Shown here piece by piece: positions 19,448 to 29,293 of a stretch of DNA of 64,000 nucleotides. Made by a program: the position numbers and the translations under genes. Position 1 is the first letter of the stretch. The number at the start of each line of letters is the position of its first letter. The stretch covers positions 1 to 64,000 of the forward strand of contig JBQTHB010000007.1 of NCBI GenBank assembly GCA_052390235.1, in the 5' to 3' direction. The notes beneath the pieces were generated by a model, which saw only the letters and a list, made by a program, of their open reading frames with translations, was not told where the DNA came from and made no database searches. The DNA is from Deltaproteobacteria bacterium. GTDB taxonomy: Bacteria > Desulfobacterota_D > UBA1144 > Nemesobacterales > CSP1-2.

Positions 19448-20767
19448 ATGTCCAAACCACATCAACTCAGGTTATTTCCATCGCCAGAAATTCATCTCGC
19501 TGACAGGAACGACTGGACTTTCGCGGGGGCGCTAACAAGGGAGCTAACCCACTGCTATCACGACTATCCGGCGAGAATGATACCCCAGGTTGCGGGGAAA
19601 TTGCTGGATACCTTTGGCGGGGGCGCAAAGCTGCTATTTGACCCCTACTGCGGCACGGGAACTTCGCTTGTCGAAGGGTTAATTCGGGGAATTGGCGTCG
19701 TAGGCTCTGACTTAAATCCGCTCGCAAGGCTAATTTCGAGGGCAAAGACCTGCGCCCTGCCGCCGGAGAGGGTTGACGAAGAACTTGCGAAATTCAGCAA
19801 ATTTATACTCAATTCGCCGCCGCCTCGTTTTTTAACTCCGCTCGCCATCAAGGGAATAGGTCGTCTCGATTTTTGGTTTAAGCCGGAGGTTATCGAGCGG
19901 CTCTATTTAATTCGCGAGTTTATCCGAGGGGTTCAGGATGAGGGGGCGAGGCTTTTTTTTCAAGTTGCCTTCAGCGAGACCGTGCGCGAGAGTTCTAACA
20001 CTAGGAACGGCGAATTTAAACTCTACAGATACCCGCAGGATAAGCTCGAGGGGTTCAATCCCGATGTGTTTGCCGTAATGCGCCGAAAGCTCCATAGAAA
20101 CCGCCAAGGGTTTGGCAAATTCATGGATTCAATGTCGCAATTCTCCCAGTTGCCGAGGGCTGAGGTCTTGGGCTTCAACACCGTGCTTGAAATCCCCACG
20201 GGCGCTCTCCCCCCTTCGAGCGTAGATATTGTAATTACCTCTCCGCCTTATGGGGACTCCGCTACGACGGTTGCTTACGGTCAGTATTCGCGGCTCTCGG
20301 CGGCGTGGCTCGAAATCGAAGACGCGGGCGGGATTGACTCAAAGCTGATGGGCGCAAGGGCGATTAGAGAGATAGAGCGCCTCCCGTCGGAGGCTATTAA
20401 TTCGTCAATTGAGAGGGTAGCCGCGATTGATAAAAAGCGGGGCTTGGAGGTCGCCTCGTTTTATAGGGACTTGGAGGCGTCAATTCGCAACGTTTGCGGC
20501 GCAATTAAACCGGGCGGCTGTGCTTGCTACGTCGTGGGAGATAGAAAAGTGAAAGCGGTGATACTGCCAACTCATACCGCGGTGAGAAATTTTTTTGAAC
20601 ACTCTGGATTCCATCACGTTGATACCTTCTCCCGCCGGATTCCGAATAAGAGGATGCCCTCGAAAAACAGCCCCACAAACGTTGCCGGAGCAAGCGGCGA
20701 GACTATGACCGGCGAGAGAATAGTCGTAATGCGCCGCCCCCTGTCTAAAGCCCGCCATCTTCCATAA
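19448..20767 (+). CDS. Amino-type DNA methyltransferase, probably N4-cytosine (M.MvaI-like)
   Basis: [21 protein letters not shown] (SAM binding) preceding TSPPY (catalytic). Confidence 0.88.
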   Translation: MSKPHQLRLFPSPEIHLADRNDWTFAGALTRELTHCYHDYPARMIPQVAGKLLDTFGGGAKLLFDPYCGTGTSLVEGLIRGIGVVGSDLNPLARLISRAKTCALPPERVDEELAKFSKFILNSPPPRFLTPLAIKGIGRLDFWFKPEVIERLYLIREFIRGVQDEGARLFFQVAFSETVRESSNTRNGEFKLYRYPQDKLEGFNPDVFAVMRRKLHRNRQGFGKFMDSMSQFSQLPRAEVLGFNTVLEIPTGALPPSSVDIVITSPPYGDSATTVAYGQYSRLSAAWLEIEDAGGIDSKLMGARAIREIERLPSEAINSSIERVAAIDKKRGLEVASFYRDLEASIRNVCGAIKPGGCACYVVGDRKVKAVILPTHTAVRNFFEHSGFHHVDTFSRRIPNKRMPSKNSPTNVAGASGETMTGERIVVMRRPLSKARHLP

Positions 20768-21950
20768 TCTTTGCCACTGAGTAGATGTCCTTATCCCCCC
20801 TGCCGGAGATACAGATTACGATGATTTCATCCTTTGGCATCTGCGGGGCGACCTTCCTCGCGTAGGCGACGGCGTGCGCAGATTCGAGCGCGGGAATTAT
20901 GCCCTCGGTCTCTGAGAGGAATTTAAACGCGGCGAGAGCCTCTCTATCGTCAACACTTGCGTAACTCACCCGCCCCAAGTCGCTCAGATATGAATGCTCG
21001 GGCCCGACGCCGGGGTAATCGAGTCCTGGGGCGATGGAGTGAGTCCCCATGACCTGCCCGTGAGCGTCCTGAAGCAGGTACGTGCGGCTCCCGTGAAGCA
21101 CTCCCGGTCTGCCCGCTCCGATAGTAGCCGAATGCCTCTGGGTTGTAATGCCGTCTCCAGCCGCCTCAACGCCCGTAATTTTTACCCCCTCATCGCCGAG
21201 GAATGGATAAAAAAGCCCCATTGCGTTTGAGCCGCCGCCGACGCAGGCAATGAGCAGATTTGGCAATGCGCCCTCTTTGCTGAGAATCTGCTCCCGCGCC
21301 TCCTGACCTATTACCGACTGGAAATCCCTCACCATCATCGGATAGGGATGGGGCCCGGCAACGCTTCCTATGATGTAGAACGTGGAGCGCACGTTCGTAA
21401 CCCAGTCCCTCATCGCCTCATTCAGCGCGTCCTTGAGGGTCTGCGTGCCGGATGTAACCTCTCTGAGCGTCGCTCCCAGAAGTTTCATGCGGATGACATT
21501 TAGCTGCTGCCGCCGCATATCTTCGATTCCCATATAAACCTCGCACTCCATGTTGAACAGGGCTGAGACAGTGGCAGTAGCCACGCCGTGCTGTCCCGCC
21601 CCGGTCTCGGCAATGATTCTGCGTTTGTTCATCCGCGAGGCTAGGAGGGCTTGTCCCACGGTGTTGTTGATTTTATGCGCCCCGGTGTGGGCGAGGTCTT
21701 CGCGTTTGAGATATATCTTTGCCCCTCCGAGCTTTTTGGTCATCCTCTCGGCGAAGTAGAGCGGAGTAGGGCGTCCCACGTATTCGCTCAGATAGTGCGA
21801 AAGCTCAGCTTTAAATTCGGCGTCGTCCTTGATTTCGAGATACGCCCTCTCCAAATCGAGAAGCGCAGGCATAAGTGTTTCGGGAACGTATCTGCCGCCG
21901 TAATCGCCGAACCGACCCATGGCGTCCGGCAGGGTTATGTTAAGATTCAT
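20745..21950 (-). CDS. trpB: Tryptophan synthase beta subunit
   Basis: [35 protein letters not shown]. Confidence 0.99.
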   Translation of the reverse strand: MNLNITLPDAMGRFGDYGGRYVPETLMPALLDLERAYLEIKDDAEFKAELSHYLSEYVGRPTPLYFAERMTKKLGGAKIYLKREDLAHTGAHKINNTVGQALLASRMNKRRIIAETGAGQHGVATATVSALFNMECEVYMGIEDMRRQQLNVIRMKLLGATLREVTSGTQTLKDALNEAMRDWVTNVRSTFYIIGSVAGPHPYPMMVRDFQSVIGQEAREQILSKEGALPNLLIACVGGGSNAMGLFYPFLGDEGVKITGVEAAGDGITTQRHSATIGAGRPGVLHGSRTYLLQDAHGQVMGTHSIAPGLDYPGVGPEHSYLSDLGRVSYASVDDREALAAFKFLSETEGIIPALESAHAVAYARKVAPQMPKDEIIVICISGRGDKDIYSVAKIMEDGGL

Positions 21951-22551
21951 TTCTCACCGCCTCACAAAATTTTTTGATTTTCTCTCGGTTTTTCTTCCCC
22001 GGATACTCCTCAACGCCCGAACTCACGTCCACGGCGTAGGGGTTTATGGCTCTGATGCCGCTTTGCACATTCTGAGGGGTAAGCCCTCCTGATAGAATCA
22101 CCCGCCGGGAATTGAAATTTCTAATCGCGTCCCAATTGAATTTCTCGCCCGTGCCGCCGTAGGACTCTTCCGAAAATGTGTCGAATAGAACTGCGTGGAC
22201 GGGATAACCCGCAAAGCCGCCCGTTTCCAGCCCCCCTCCGATGCGGACTGCCTTTATCAGCCTCCCGCCTAGAGCGCGGCAGAAATCAGCGGTTTCATCC
22301 CCATGAAGCTGAACTGCGTCAACTCCCGTGAATCTGCGCACCCGCTCAATTTCGGCAAGCGACTCATTCACAAACACCCCAACGGTTGTTACAAACGGCG
22401 GAAGCTCGCGGATGATTTCCAAAGCCCTCTCAGGGGCGATGAATCTCTTGCTTTCGGCGAAGAAAATAAACCCAAGGGCGTCCGCCCCGCAAGCGGCGGC
22501 ATAAAGCGCGTCTTCTATGTTCGTAATGCCGCAGATTTTTATCCGAGTCAT
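21940..22551 (-). CDS. trpF: Phosphoribosylanthranilate isomerase
   Basis: [22 protein letters not shown]. Confidence 0.97.
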   Translation of the reverse strand: MTRIKICGITNIEDALYAAACGADALGFIFFAESKRFIAPERALEIIRELPPFVTTVGVFVNESLAEIERVRRFTGVDAVQLHGDETADFCRALGGRLIKAVRIGGGLETGGFAGYPVHAVLFDTFSEESYGGTGEKFNWDAIRNFNSRRVILSGGLTPQNVQSGIRAINPYAVDVSSGVEEYPGKKNREKIKKFCEAVRNES

Positions 22552-22618
22552 AAGGGGAGATAATTATAAGAGTTCAAAGGGGATATGTAAATATTCGCGA
22601 TTCGCAATTCTCCCCACG

Positions 22619-23494
22619 TTAATACGCGAAAAACCGCATAAGCTCGGCGATGACCCCCTCTGGGGCTTCTTCGGGGAGGAAATGCCCGCAATCCAGAGCG
22701 CCGCCCTCGACGAACTCTGCCCTCTCGCGCCAGACAGAAAGCACGTCGTAAGTGCGGTTGATAAACCCCTTTGCCCCCCAAAGGGCGAGGAGCGGGCATT
22801 TCACTTTACTCTCTAAATCTGCCTCGTCGTGGCGGAGGTCAATTGTGGCGGCGGCGCGGTAGTCGTCGCAGGAGGCGCGAATGACCTCAGGATTTGAGAA
22901 GCACCTCAAGTATTCCGAGACGGCGGCGGCGGAGAATTCGGCCCCTTTCGCGCTCCAACGCCTCAGCAACTCCCGTAGGTAGTATTCGGGGTCTGCGCCA
23001 ATCATGCGCTCTGGCAGTCCATCGGGCTGGATGAGAAAAAACCAGTGATAATAGCCGGTTGCAAAGCTCTGATTGGCTGTTTTGAACATATGATGCGTAG
23101 GGGCGATGTCCATGACGCAGGCTTTTTTGACCCTATCCGGATGGTCGAGCGCCATTCTGTGGGCAACCCTAGCGCCTCTATCATGACCGGCGACGAAAAA
23201 CTGCCGGTATCCGAGGGCTTCCATCACCAAAATCATGTCTGAAGCCATAGCGCGCTTGGAGTAATTAGAGCTATCAGGCGCGCTTTCGGGCTTGGAGCTG
23301 TCGCCATAGCCCCGCAAATCCGGGCAGACGACATAAAAATTAGAGGCGAGCGCTGGGGCGGTCTCGTGCCACATATAGTGCGTCTGCGGGTAGCCGTGAA
23401 GGAGCAGGAGCGGCTCTCCACTGCCGGCGTGCCTGAGGTTTATCTCCGCTCCCTCGGTTTTGATTCTAATGCGCGTGAAATCCTCTAATATCAT
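22619..23494 (-). CDS. Haloacetate/fluoroacetate dehalogenase-like alpha/beta hydrolase
   Basis: HGYPQT, GHDRGARV, DIAPT, YYHWFF, CDDYRA, CGHFLPEE. Confidence 0.88.
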   Translation of the reverse strand: MILEDFTRIRIKTEGAEINLRHAGSGEPLLLLHGYPQTHYMWHETAPALASNFYVVCPDLRGYGDSSKPESAPDSSNYSKRAMASDMILVMEALGYRQFFVAGHDRGARVAHRMALDHPDRVKKACVMDIAPTHHMFKTANQSFATGYYHWFFLIQPDGLPERMIGADPEYYLRELLRRWSAKGAEFSAAAVSEYLRCFSNPEVIRASCDDYRAAATIDLRHDEADLESKVKCPLLALWGAKGFINRTYDVLSVWRERAEFVEGGALDCGHFLPEEAPEGVIAELMRFFAY

Positions 23495-23604
23495 CGGCGG
23501 CGTCTCCTCATGTTCATTCGGGGCATACCTGGCAACCGTGAGATGTCTCCTAGTCTAAGTATAGAATTATCGGATGCGAAGCCGGGTCTGCGTCATTTGG
23601 CAAC

Positions 23605-25554
23605 TCAGCCGCCCGAATACTCATGCACGGCGTCAACGAGGGCGAGGACGTTGTCAACCGGAGTGCCGGGGAGGATTCCGTGTCCGAGATTGAAAATGTG
23701 TCCTGCTCTGCCCTCCGTTTTATCCAATATGCGTTTTGCCTGTTTTTTAATTTCTGAGGGCGAGCTGAAGAGAATAGCCGGGTCTAAATTCCCCTGAACG
23801 GCAACATCATAGCTCAATCTCTGCCACGCCTCAGCCAAATCCACGCGCCAGTCAAGCCCTATTACGCTCCCTCCAGCTTCTTTCATCAGCCCCAGAAGAG
23901 ACGACGTTCCCGTGCCGAAATGTATCGTCGTCGCGCCTTCGGGGAGTTTTCCCATCAGAGATTTCATGTGAGGAAGCACAAACTCCCTGTAGTCGTCGGG
24001 CGAGAGACAGCCTATCCAACTGTCGAAAATCTGCACGGCGTCGGCTCCCGCTTGGATTTGAGCGGCGAGATAATGCGCCGTAGCCTCGGATAGTTTTTCC
24101 ATCAACAGATGCCACGCGGCTGAGTCTGAGCGCATCATTTTTTTTGTGTTCTCATAATTTCTTGAGCCGCCCCCCTCAATCATATAGGAAGCAATGGTAA
24201 AAGGGGCGCCCGCAAATCCGATGAGGGCGAGACTCGGCGACAGCGCGCGGCGGACTGTCCTCACCGCTTCATAGACGAATCCGAGGGAGTCGGGGCTAAA
24301 ATCGAGCAATCCCTCGACGGCTTTGCCGCTTCGCACCGGCTTCTTAATTTTCGGCCCATCCCCGCGTGAAAACTCCAAATCTACGCCCAGAGGCTCGATT
24401 ATCAGCAATATATCGGCAAAAATTATCGCCGCGTCAACGGCGAGCCTGTCCACTGCCGAGAGCGTAACCTCCGCCGCAAGCTCAGGGGTTTTGCAAAGCT
24501 CTAAGAACGACACCCGCGCCCGTAGCTCCCTGTATTCCCTCATGAAACGTCCGGCTTGGCGCATGAGCCAAATCGGGGTGTAGTCTGTCCGCTCGCCACG
24601 GCAGGCTTTCATAAATACCGAATTCTGCGCCGAGGGGGTTTCCGCCTGCGGCGAATCCGCCGCCGTCCACACCATATCTACGCGCCGCCAGAGGTTGGTA
24701 TCCACTCCGAATGAGCGCGCGGCGCGTTTTTTTTGGAGAAGCTCCTCGGCGCGCCGGGCGGTCTCGCGCACTAGGTCTCCCATGTGAGGGCTGTCGGGTT
24801 CGTAGTCCACGGCGAACCCCATCTCGCGCAGGGTCTCGGACGTTGTAGGCCCTATTGAGCCGACGAGGGTCTTGCGAAATCCGCTTCTGAGTCGCTCTTC
24901 GAGTCCGAGGGATTTTGCCACCTGAAGTAGGTGGTGAACCTGCTGAGAGCTTGTGAAAAAGGATACGTCCGCGCCGCCTTCGGAAATCAACCAGATGGAG
25001 CGCTCCAGCGGCTCCGTATTCTCAGGAAGCGCCCAGCGATAGACCGGAACTGGCGTAACATCTGCGCCCCTCTCCCTTAGCCCCGCGAGCAGTTCGGTGT
25101 TGGATACCCCGTATTCCTGAACGGCGAGGCGTTTGCCAGTTATGGGAAGCTCCGCGTCAATTGTCGTCAGTATGTCGCGCCAGGTGTTCGGCTCAGGCAC
25201 GACGACGTCCGGTTTTAACCCAAGCTCCCTCAGCGCGGCAACCGGCTTTGGGCCCCGAACGAGGACGGTCGTCCTGCTCAGCGCGTCGGTGAATTGCTCA
25301 ATTGGATATTTGGTCTGAATCGCGGCGGCGAGAGCGCGAGTTCCAACTCCGGTGAGGAGTATCACAACGTCGAATTGCCCGCCGATAAGCTCATCGGCAA
25401 AGGCAAGGGCCTCGCGCGCCTCCGAGAGAGGCACCTCTCTCATCGAAGGGGCTACAACAGGCGCCCCCCCGTGATAGGCGATGAGCTTCTCAATTTCCCT
25501 CGCCCTCCTGCTTTCAAATGAAACCACCGTGAGACCGTTGAAATCCCTTGCCAT
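23605..25554 (-). CDS. hemD-hemE: Uroporphyrinogen-III synthase / uroporphyrinogen decarboxylase fusion
   Basis: N-terminal HemD-like (RGPKP, VYRWALP, SIGPTTSE) and C-terminal HemE (PIWLMRQAGR, QIFDSW, IFNLGHGI) in one frame; ATG 25554. Confidence 0.92.
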   Translation of the reverse strand: MARDFNGLTVVSFESRRAREIEKLIAYHGGAPVVAPSMREVPLSEAREALAFADELIGGQFDVVILLTGVGTRALAAAIQTKYPIEQFTDALSRTTVLVRGPKPVAALRELGLKPDVVVPEPNTWRDILTTIDAELPITGKRLAVQEYGVSNTELLAGLRERGADVTPVPVYRWALPENTEPLERSIWLISEGGADVSFFTSSQQVHHLLQVAKSLGLEERLRSGFRKTLVGSIGPTTSETLREMGFAVDYEPDSPHMGDLVRETARRAEELLQKKRAARSFGVDTNLWRRVDMVWTAADSPQAETPSAQNSVFMKACRGERTDYTPIWLMRQAGRFMREYRELRARVSFLELCKTPELAAEVTLSAVDRLAVDAAIIFADILLIIEPLGVDLEFSRGDGPKIKKPVRSGKAVEGLLDFSPDSLGFVYEAVRTVRRALSPSLALIGFAGAPFTIASYMIEGGGSRNYENTKKMMRSDSAAWHLLMEKLSEATAHYLAAQIQAGADAVQIFDSWIGCLSPDDYREFVLPHMKSLMGKLPEGATTIHFGTGTSSLLGLMKEAGGSVIGLDWRVDLAEAWQRLSYDVAVQGNLDPAILFSSPSEIKKQAKRILDKTEGRAGHIFNLGHGILPGTPVDNVLALVDAVHEYSGG

Positions 25555-25741
25555 TTTACTCTCTTCCCGACGCTTTTTTATGCCTCTTAGGTTATCACGC
25601 GTCGATATTGCCCGCAAGCCGCCCCCTATCCCTTGGTTTGTAGTGTTTGACGATGCTCTATACCCGCTCATTTTGCTTATTGAATTTATAGATTATAATC
25701 TCTTGAAATAACGCCGCTTTTGGGGAACGGAGGAATACAAT

Positions 25742-26545
25742 TTGAAAAACCTGCCGAGACAATTTCTAAATCTCGCCTTTGGCTCTGTGCTATTTTTTGC
25801 TCTATGCCATGCCGCCGTATATGCGCAAAATCCTCAGTCTGTGGGAACTCTAACCGCCGTCAAAAATGAGGTAAAAGTTTCCAGAGACGGAGCAGAGGCA
25901 CAAACGCAGCAGCAGGGGGCGAGAGCCTTTCTGGGGGATTTCCTCGAAACCGGCGACGATTCGGGGGCGAAGATACTTTTTGAGGACGATACGCTTATCT
26001 CTCTTGGAGCTAATGCGGAATTTGAAATTACGGAGTTCGTCTATGCTCCGAATAAGAGAAAATCCCTGTCAACTCTGACTAAGGGCAAGCTCAAGTCAAT
26101 TGTTCAGAGGGTCGAAGGCGAATCCGATGTTCAATACGCCACTCCCAACGCGGTATGCGGAATAAAGGGAACGACCCTTCTCATTGACGCCAAAGGGATT
26201 TTTTGCGCAGTCGAGGGGAGCATATCCGTAAAGGGTAAGACAAAAGAGGTTACCGTTAATTCGGGGCAGTGCAGCAGGATAATAGACGGCGAGCCTTCCG
26301 ACCCTGAATCCCTGACCGAGCAGCAGCTCGGCGAGTTCGCCGACACCGATTTTGAAATTGCCCTGTTTAGAGATTTATTAAACCGGAATCTCCCCATCGG
26401 TAGCTTGTTTGATACTCCGGGGACGACGAATATCCCAGAGGCGCTGTCTAGCTTGCCTCAGCTCCCGCTGGAGCAACCGGCCGACCAACTTCCGGGGGTG
26501 GATTCCAACGGCAGACTGCCGATAGATATAATAATTAACCCCTAA
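25742..26545 (+). CDS. Exported FecR-domain protein
   Basis: Signal peptide; GDFLETGDDSGAKILFEDDTLISLG, TPNAVCGIKGT; RBS GGAGG before TTG. Confidence 0.85.
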   Translation: MKNLPRQFLNLAFGSVLFFALCHAAVYAQNPQSVGTLTAVKNEVKVSRDGAEAQTQQQGARAFLGDFLETGDDSGAKILFEDDTLISLGANAEFEITEFVYAPNKRKSLSTLTKGKLKSIVQRVEGESDVQYATPNAVCGIKGTTLLIDAKGIFCAVEGSISVKGKTKEVTVNSGQCSRIIDGEPSDPESLTEQQLGEFADTDFEIALFRDLLNRNLPIGSLFDTPGTTNIPEALSSLPQLPLEQPADQLPGVDSNGRLPIDIIINP

Positions 26546-26583
26546 GTGTTGACACGGGCGAGGCGTTCGCAGTTATGCCTTTT

Positions 26584-26619
26584 TGTCATTTCGATGGAGC
26601 GGCAGCGACTGAGAAATCC
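26584..26619. repeat. Small palindromic (REP/RPE-like) element
   Basis: TGTCATTTCGATGGAGCGGCAGCGACTGAGAAATCC resembles the GTCATTTCGA...GAGAAATC short palindromic repeat type. Confidence 0.55.
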
Positions 26620-26733
26620 TCTCCCCAGCGCAAATTCACGCTAGACCTGTAGCCTGATAAAATTCGTTGATTTTGTCGCGGGTTCTTGGTAGAGTCTGAG
26701 TCAATTTAACCACCGGAGGGGAGAGCGACCCAG

Positions 26734-27999
26734 ATGCGATACGGTTTCGATTACAGAGCTGATAGATTTCATATCGAGGGGGTGAGCGTCGAGAAAATTA
26801 CCGCCGCCCTCGGGACGCCCTGCTACGTCTATAGCTACGCCGCGCTTAAACACTCCTTCATGACCCTTGCCGACTCCTTTGCCGAGCGCGAAGTCGCCAT
26901 CTGCTACTCGGTCAAGGCGAATTCCAACCTCGCCGTGCTGAGGACTTTTGCCTCTCTGGGAGCGGGCTTCGACATTGTCTCAGGGGGGGAACTCCGCAGG
27001 GTTCTGCTCGCCGGGGGAGACCCGTCTAAAATCGTATTCTCAGGCGTGGGCAAGACTAAAGAGGAGATGAAATACGCGATTGAAGCTGGGATTTTATTCT
27101 TCAATGTAGAGTCTGAAGCCGAGCTTTGTGCGCTAGACGCCGTCGGGCGCGCCATCGGTAAGAGAGCCCCCGTCGCCATAAGGGTGAATCCCGATATTGA
27201 CCCAAAGACTCATCCCTACATTTCAACTGGGCTTAAAAAGAGCAAATTCGGCATAGAAATTGAGCGAGCGCCGCAGGTCTATCGGGACGCATCTCTAATG
27301 CAGGGCTTGGAAATTGTTGGGCTAGACGCTCACATCGGCTCGCAGATATTCGACCTCTCTCCGTTTGCCGAGTCGGTGCGCAAACTCACCCGCCTTGCCG
27401 ACTCCCTGAGGCGAGACGGTATAAATATCCGCTACGTTGACATCGGAGGGGGGCTAGGCATAAATTACAAAAACGACGAAACTCCCCCTCATCCGAAGCA
27501 GTACGCCGAAATCATCGGGCGGGAATTCAGTGGAGACTATAAGCTCATCCTAGAGCCGGGACGCTCCCTTGTAGGCAACGCAGGAGCGCTACTGACCAAG
27601 GTACTCTACATCAAAGAAGGCTCACAAAAGAAATTCGTCATCGTGGACGCCGCCATGAACGACCTGATTCGCCCAGCTTTTTACGACTCCTACCACGAGA
27701 TAGTCCCTGCCAAAAAACTCGAGGGCGCAGATTATGAGACGGCCGACGTCGTTGGGCCCATCTGCGAGTCGGGGGATTTCCTCGCCAAGGACAGAGCGCT
27801 ACCCAATGTGTCAGCGGGGGATGTTCTCGTCGTGCTTAGCGCCGGCGCTTACGGCTTTGTGATGTCGTCTAACTACAACACCCGCCCCCGCGTGCCGGAG
27901 GCGCTGGTGAGGGACGGCGAATTCTTTACCGTGAGGGATAGAGAGACCGTAGAGGACTTAATCCGTGGCGAGCGCATACCGGATTTTCTTCGGGATTGA
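26734..27999 (+). CDS. lysA: Diaminopimelate decarboxylase
   Basis: YSVKANSN, HIGSQI, EPGRSLV, GPICESGD, MSSNYN. Confidence 0.98.
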   Translation: MRYGFDYRADRFHIEGVSVEKITAALGTPCYVYSYAALKHSFMTLADSFAEREVAICYSVKANSNLAVLRTFASLGAGFDIVSGGELRRVLLAGGDPSKIVFSGVGKTKEEMKYAIEAGILFFNVESEAELCALDAVGRAIGKRAPVAIRVNPDIDPKTHPYISTGLKKSKFGIEIERAPQVYRDASLMQGLEIVGLDAHIGSQIFDLSPFAESVRKLTRLADSLRRDGINIRYVDIGGGLGINYKNDETPPHPKQYAEIIGREFSGDYKLILEPGRSLVGNAGALLTKVLYIKEGSQKKFVIVDAAMNDLIRPAFYDSYHEIVPAKKLEGADYETADVVGPICESGDFLAKDRALPNVSAGDVLVVLSAGAYGFVMSSNYNTRPRVPEALVRDGEFFTVRDRETVEDLIRGERIPDFLRD

Positions 28000-28119
28000 G
28001 ATTTATGATTGACCAAGTTTTGCGGCTTGGCTATTCTAATTGAATCCGCAGCGCTCTATTTACATCTCATGGCTATAGCTTAAGCTGTCGCTCTTCCATC
28101 CACGGAGGTTCTCTCACCG

Positions 28120-28758
28120 ATGTTTGAATTTTTCACCAAGGGCGGGTTTTTTATGTACCCGATACTCGTCTGCTCGATAGTGGGACTGTCCATATTCATT
28201 CAAAAGATGTGGACGCTGAGGGATGAGAAAATCCTCCCGCAGGCATTTCTCGCCCAGTTCTATGAATTCCTCTCCAAAGGGAAATTCGGCGAGGCAATGG
28301 TGGTATCGCGCGCAAGCGATTCTACCATTGGCAGAATAGCCGCCGCCGCTCTGGAGAACTCATCTAAACCCGAAGAGGAGCTCAAAGAGAAAATTGAAGA
28401 AGCGGGGCGCAAAGAGGCTTCGGAACTCGGCAAATATATAGAGGGACTCGGCGCGGTGAGCAACGTAAGCACCCTTTTGGGACTCCTTGGGACTATCGCG
28501 GGAATGATTAAAATTTTTAAGGTCATATCCGAACAGCCAATTGTGAACCCCCCGAGCCTCGCAGGCGGGATTTCCGAGGCGCTCTACACAACGGCATTCG
28601 GGCTGTTAGTGGCGATACCGGCTTACATAGCCTATAAGTTTGCCCTTGGACGAGTGGATGAAATCGTAGAAAAGGTCGAAGAAGAGGCCGGGAAAATCAC
28701 CGATGAGCTTGGGGTCGCCCTCGGAGCGAAGGGTAAAAGCAGGGACTTTGTCAGATGA
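28120..28758 (+). CDS. exbB: MotA/TolQ/ExbB proton channel protein
   Basis: LLGLLGTIAGMI, AGGISEALYTTAFGL. Confidence 0.9.
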   Translation: MFEFFTKGGFFMYPILVCSIVGLSIFIQKMWTLRDEKILPQAFLAQFYEFLSKGKFGEAMVVSRASDSTIGRIAAAALENSSKPEEELKEKIEEAGRKEASELGKYIEGLGAVSNVSTLLGLLGTIAGMIKIFKVISEQPIVNPPSLAGGISEALYTTAFGLLVAIPAYIAYKFALGRVDEIVEKVEEEAGKITDELGVALGAKGKSRDFVR

Positions 28759-29168
28759 GATTCAAAAAAGAGAAAAAACAAGGCGCGGGAGGCGCGCTGG
28801 ACTTAACGCCGATAGTGGACGTGGTGTTCAATCTGCTCATATTCTTCGCCCTCTCGCTCAACTTTGCCGCAACCTCCGCCGGAATTAACATAAAGCTCCC
28901 GAAAGCCTCCTCAGCCGAGCCTCTCAAGACCGAGCAGGTAAATATTAATCTCTCCAGAGACGGCAGGATTTCCCTCAACGATAAGACGATTTCCATGGGG
29001 AAACTCACTGAAACCCTCAGTGATAACCCCGAGAAGGACTCGCTTGTGATTATTCGCGCCGATAACGCCGTTCAGCACGGGCGCGTTGTCGAGATGATGG
29101 ACGTCGTGCGGGGCGAGGGGTTCTCCCGCCTTGCCATAGCCGTCGAGCCGGTGCAAAAGGGGAAATGA
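28755..29168 (+). CDS. exbD: ExbD/TolR biopolymer transport protein
   Basis: LTPIVDVVFNLLIFF, IRAD..HGRVVEMMD; ATGA overlap. Confidence 0.9.
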   Translation: MRFKKEKKQGAGGALDLTPIVDVVFNLLIFFALSLNFAATSAGINIKLPKASSAEPLKTEQVNINLSRDGRISLNDKTISMGKLTETLSDNPEKDSLVIIRADNAVQHGRVVEMMDVVRGEGFSRLAIAVEPVQKGK

Positions 29169-29228
29169 CGCTTTTCAGCCTCAAATCAACTCGATGCCGC
29201 GCGCGCTGCGCATTTCGCCTCCCTCAGT

Positions 29229-29257
29229 TTGACACTATTTAAAATCTTATGTAGTTT
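29229..29257 (+). promoter_or_regulatory. Putative sigma70 promoter for the transporter pair
   Basis: TTGACA-N17-TAGTTT. Confidence 0.55.
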
Positions 29258-29293
29258 TCCGCTTCTAATAAATCCCCCTCGAAAAGTTGCCGC

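Noticed and set aside
25742..29168. FecR plus exbB/exbD as an iron-uptake signalling locus
   Set aside because: No ECF sigma, TonB or TonB-dependent receptor adjacent, lysA intervenes, and no convincing Fur box.
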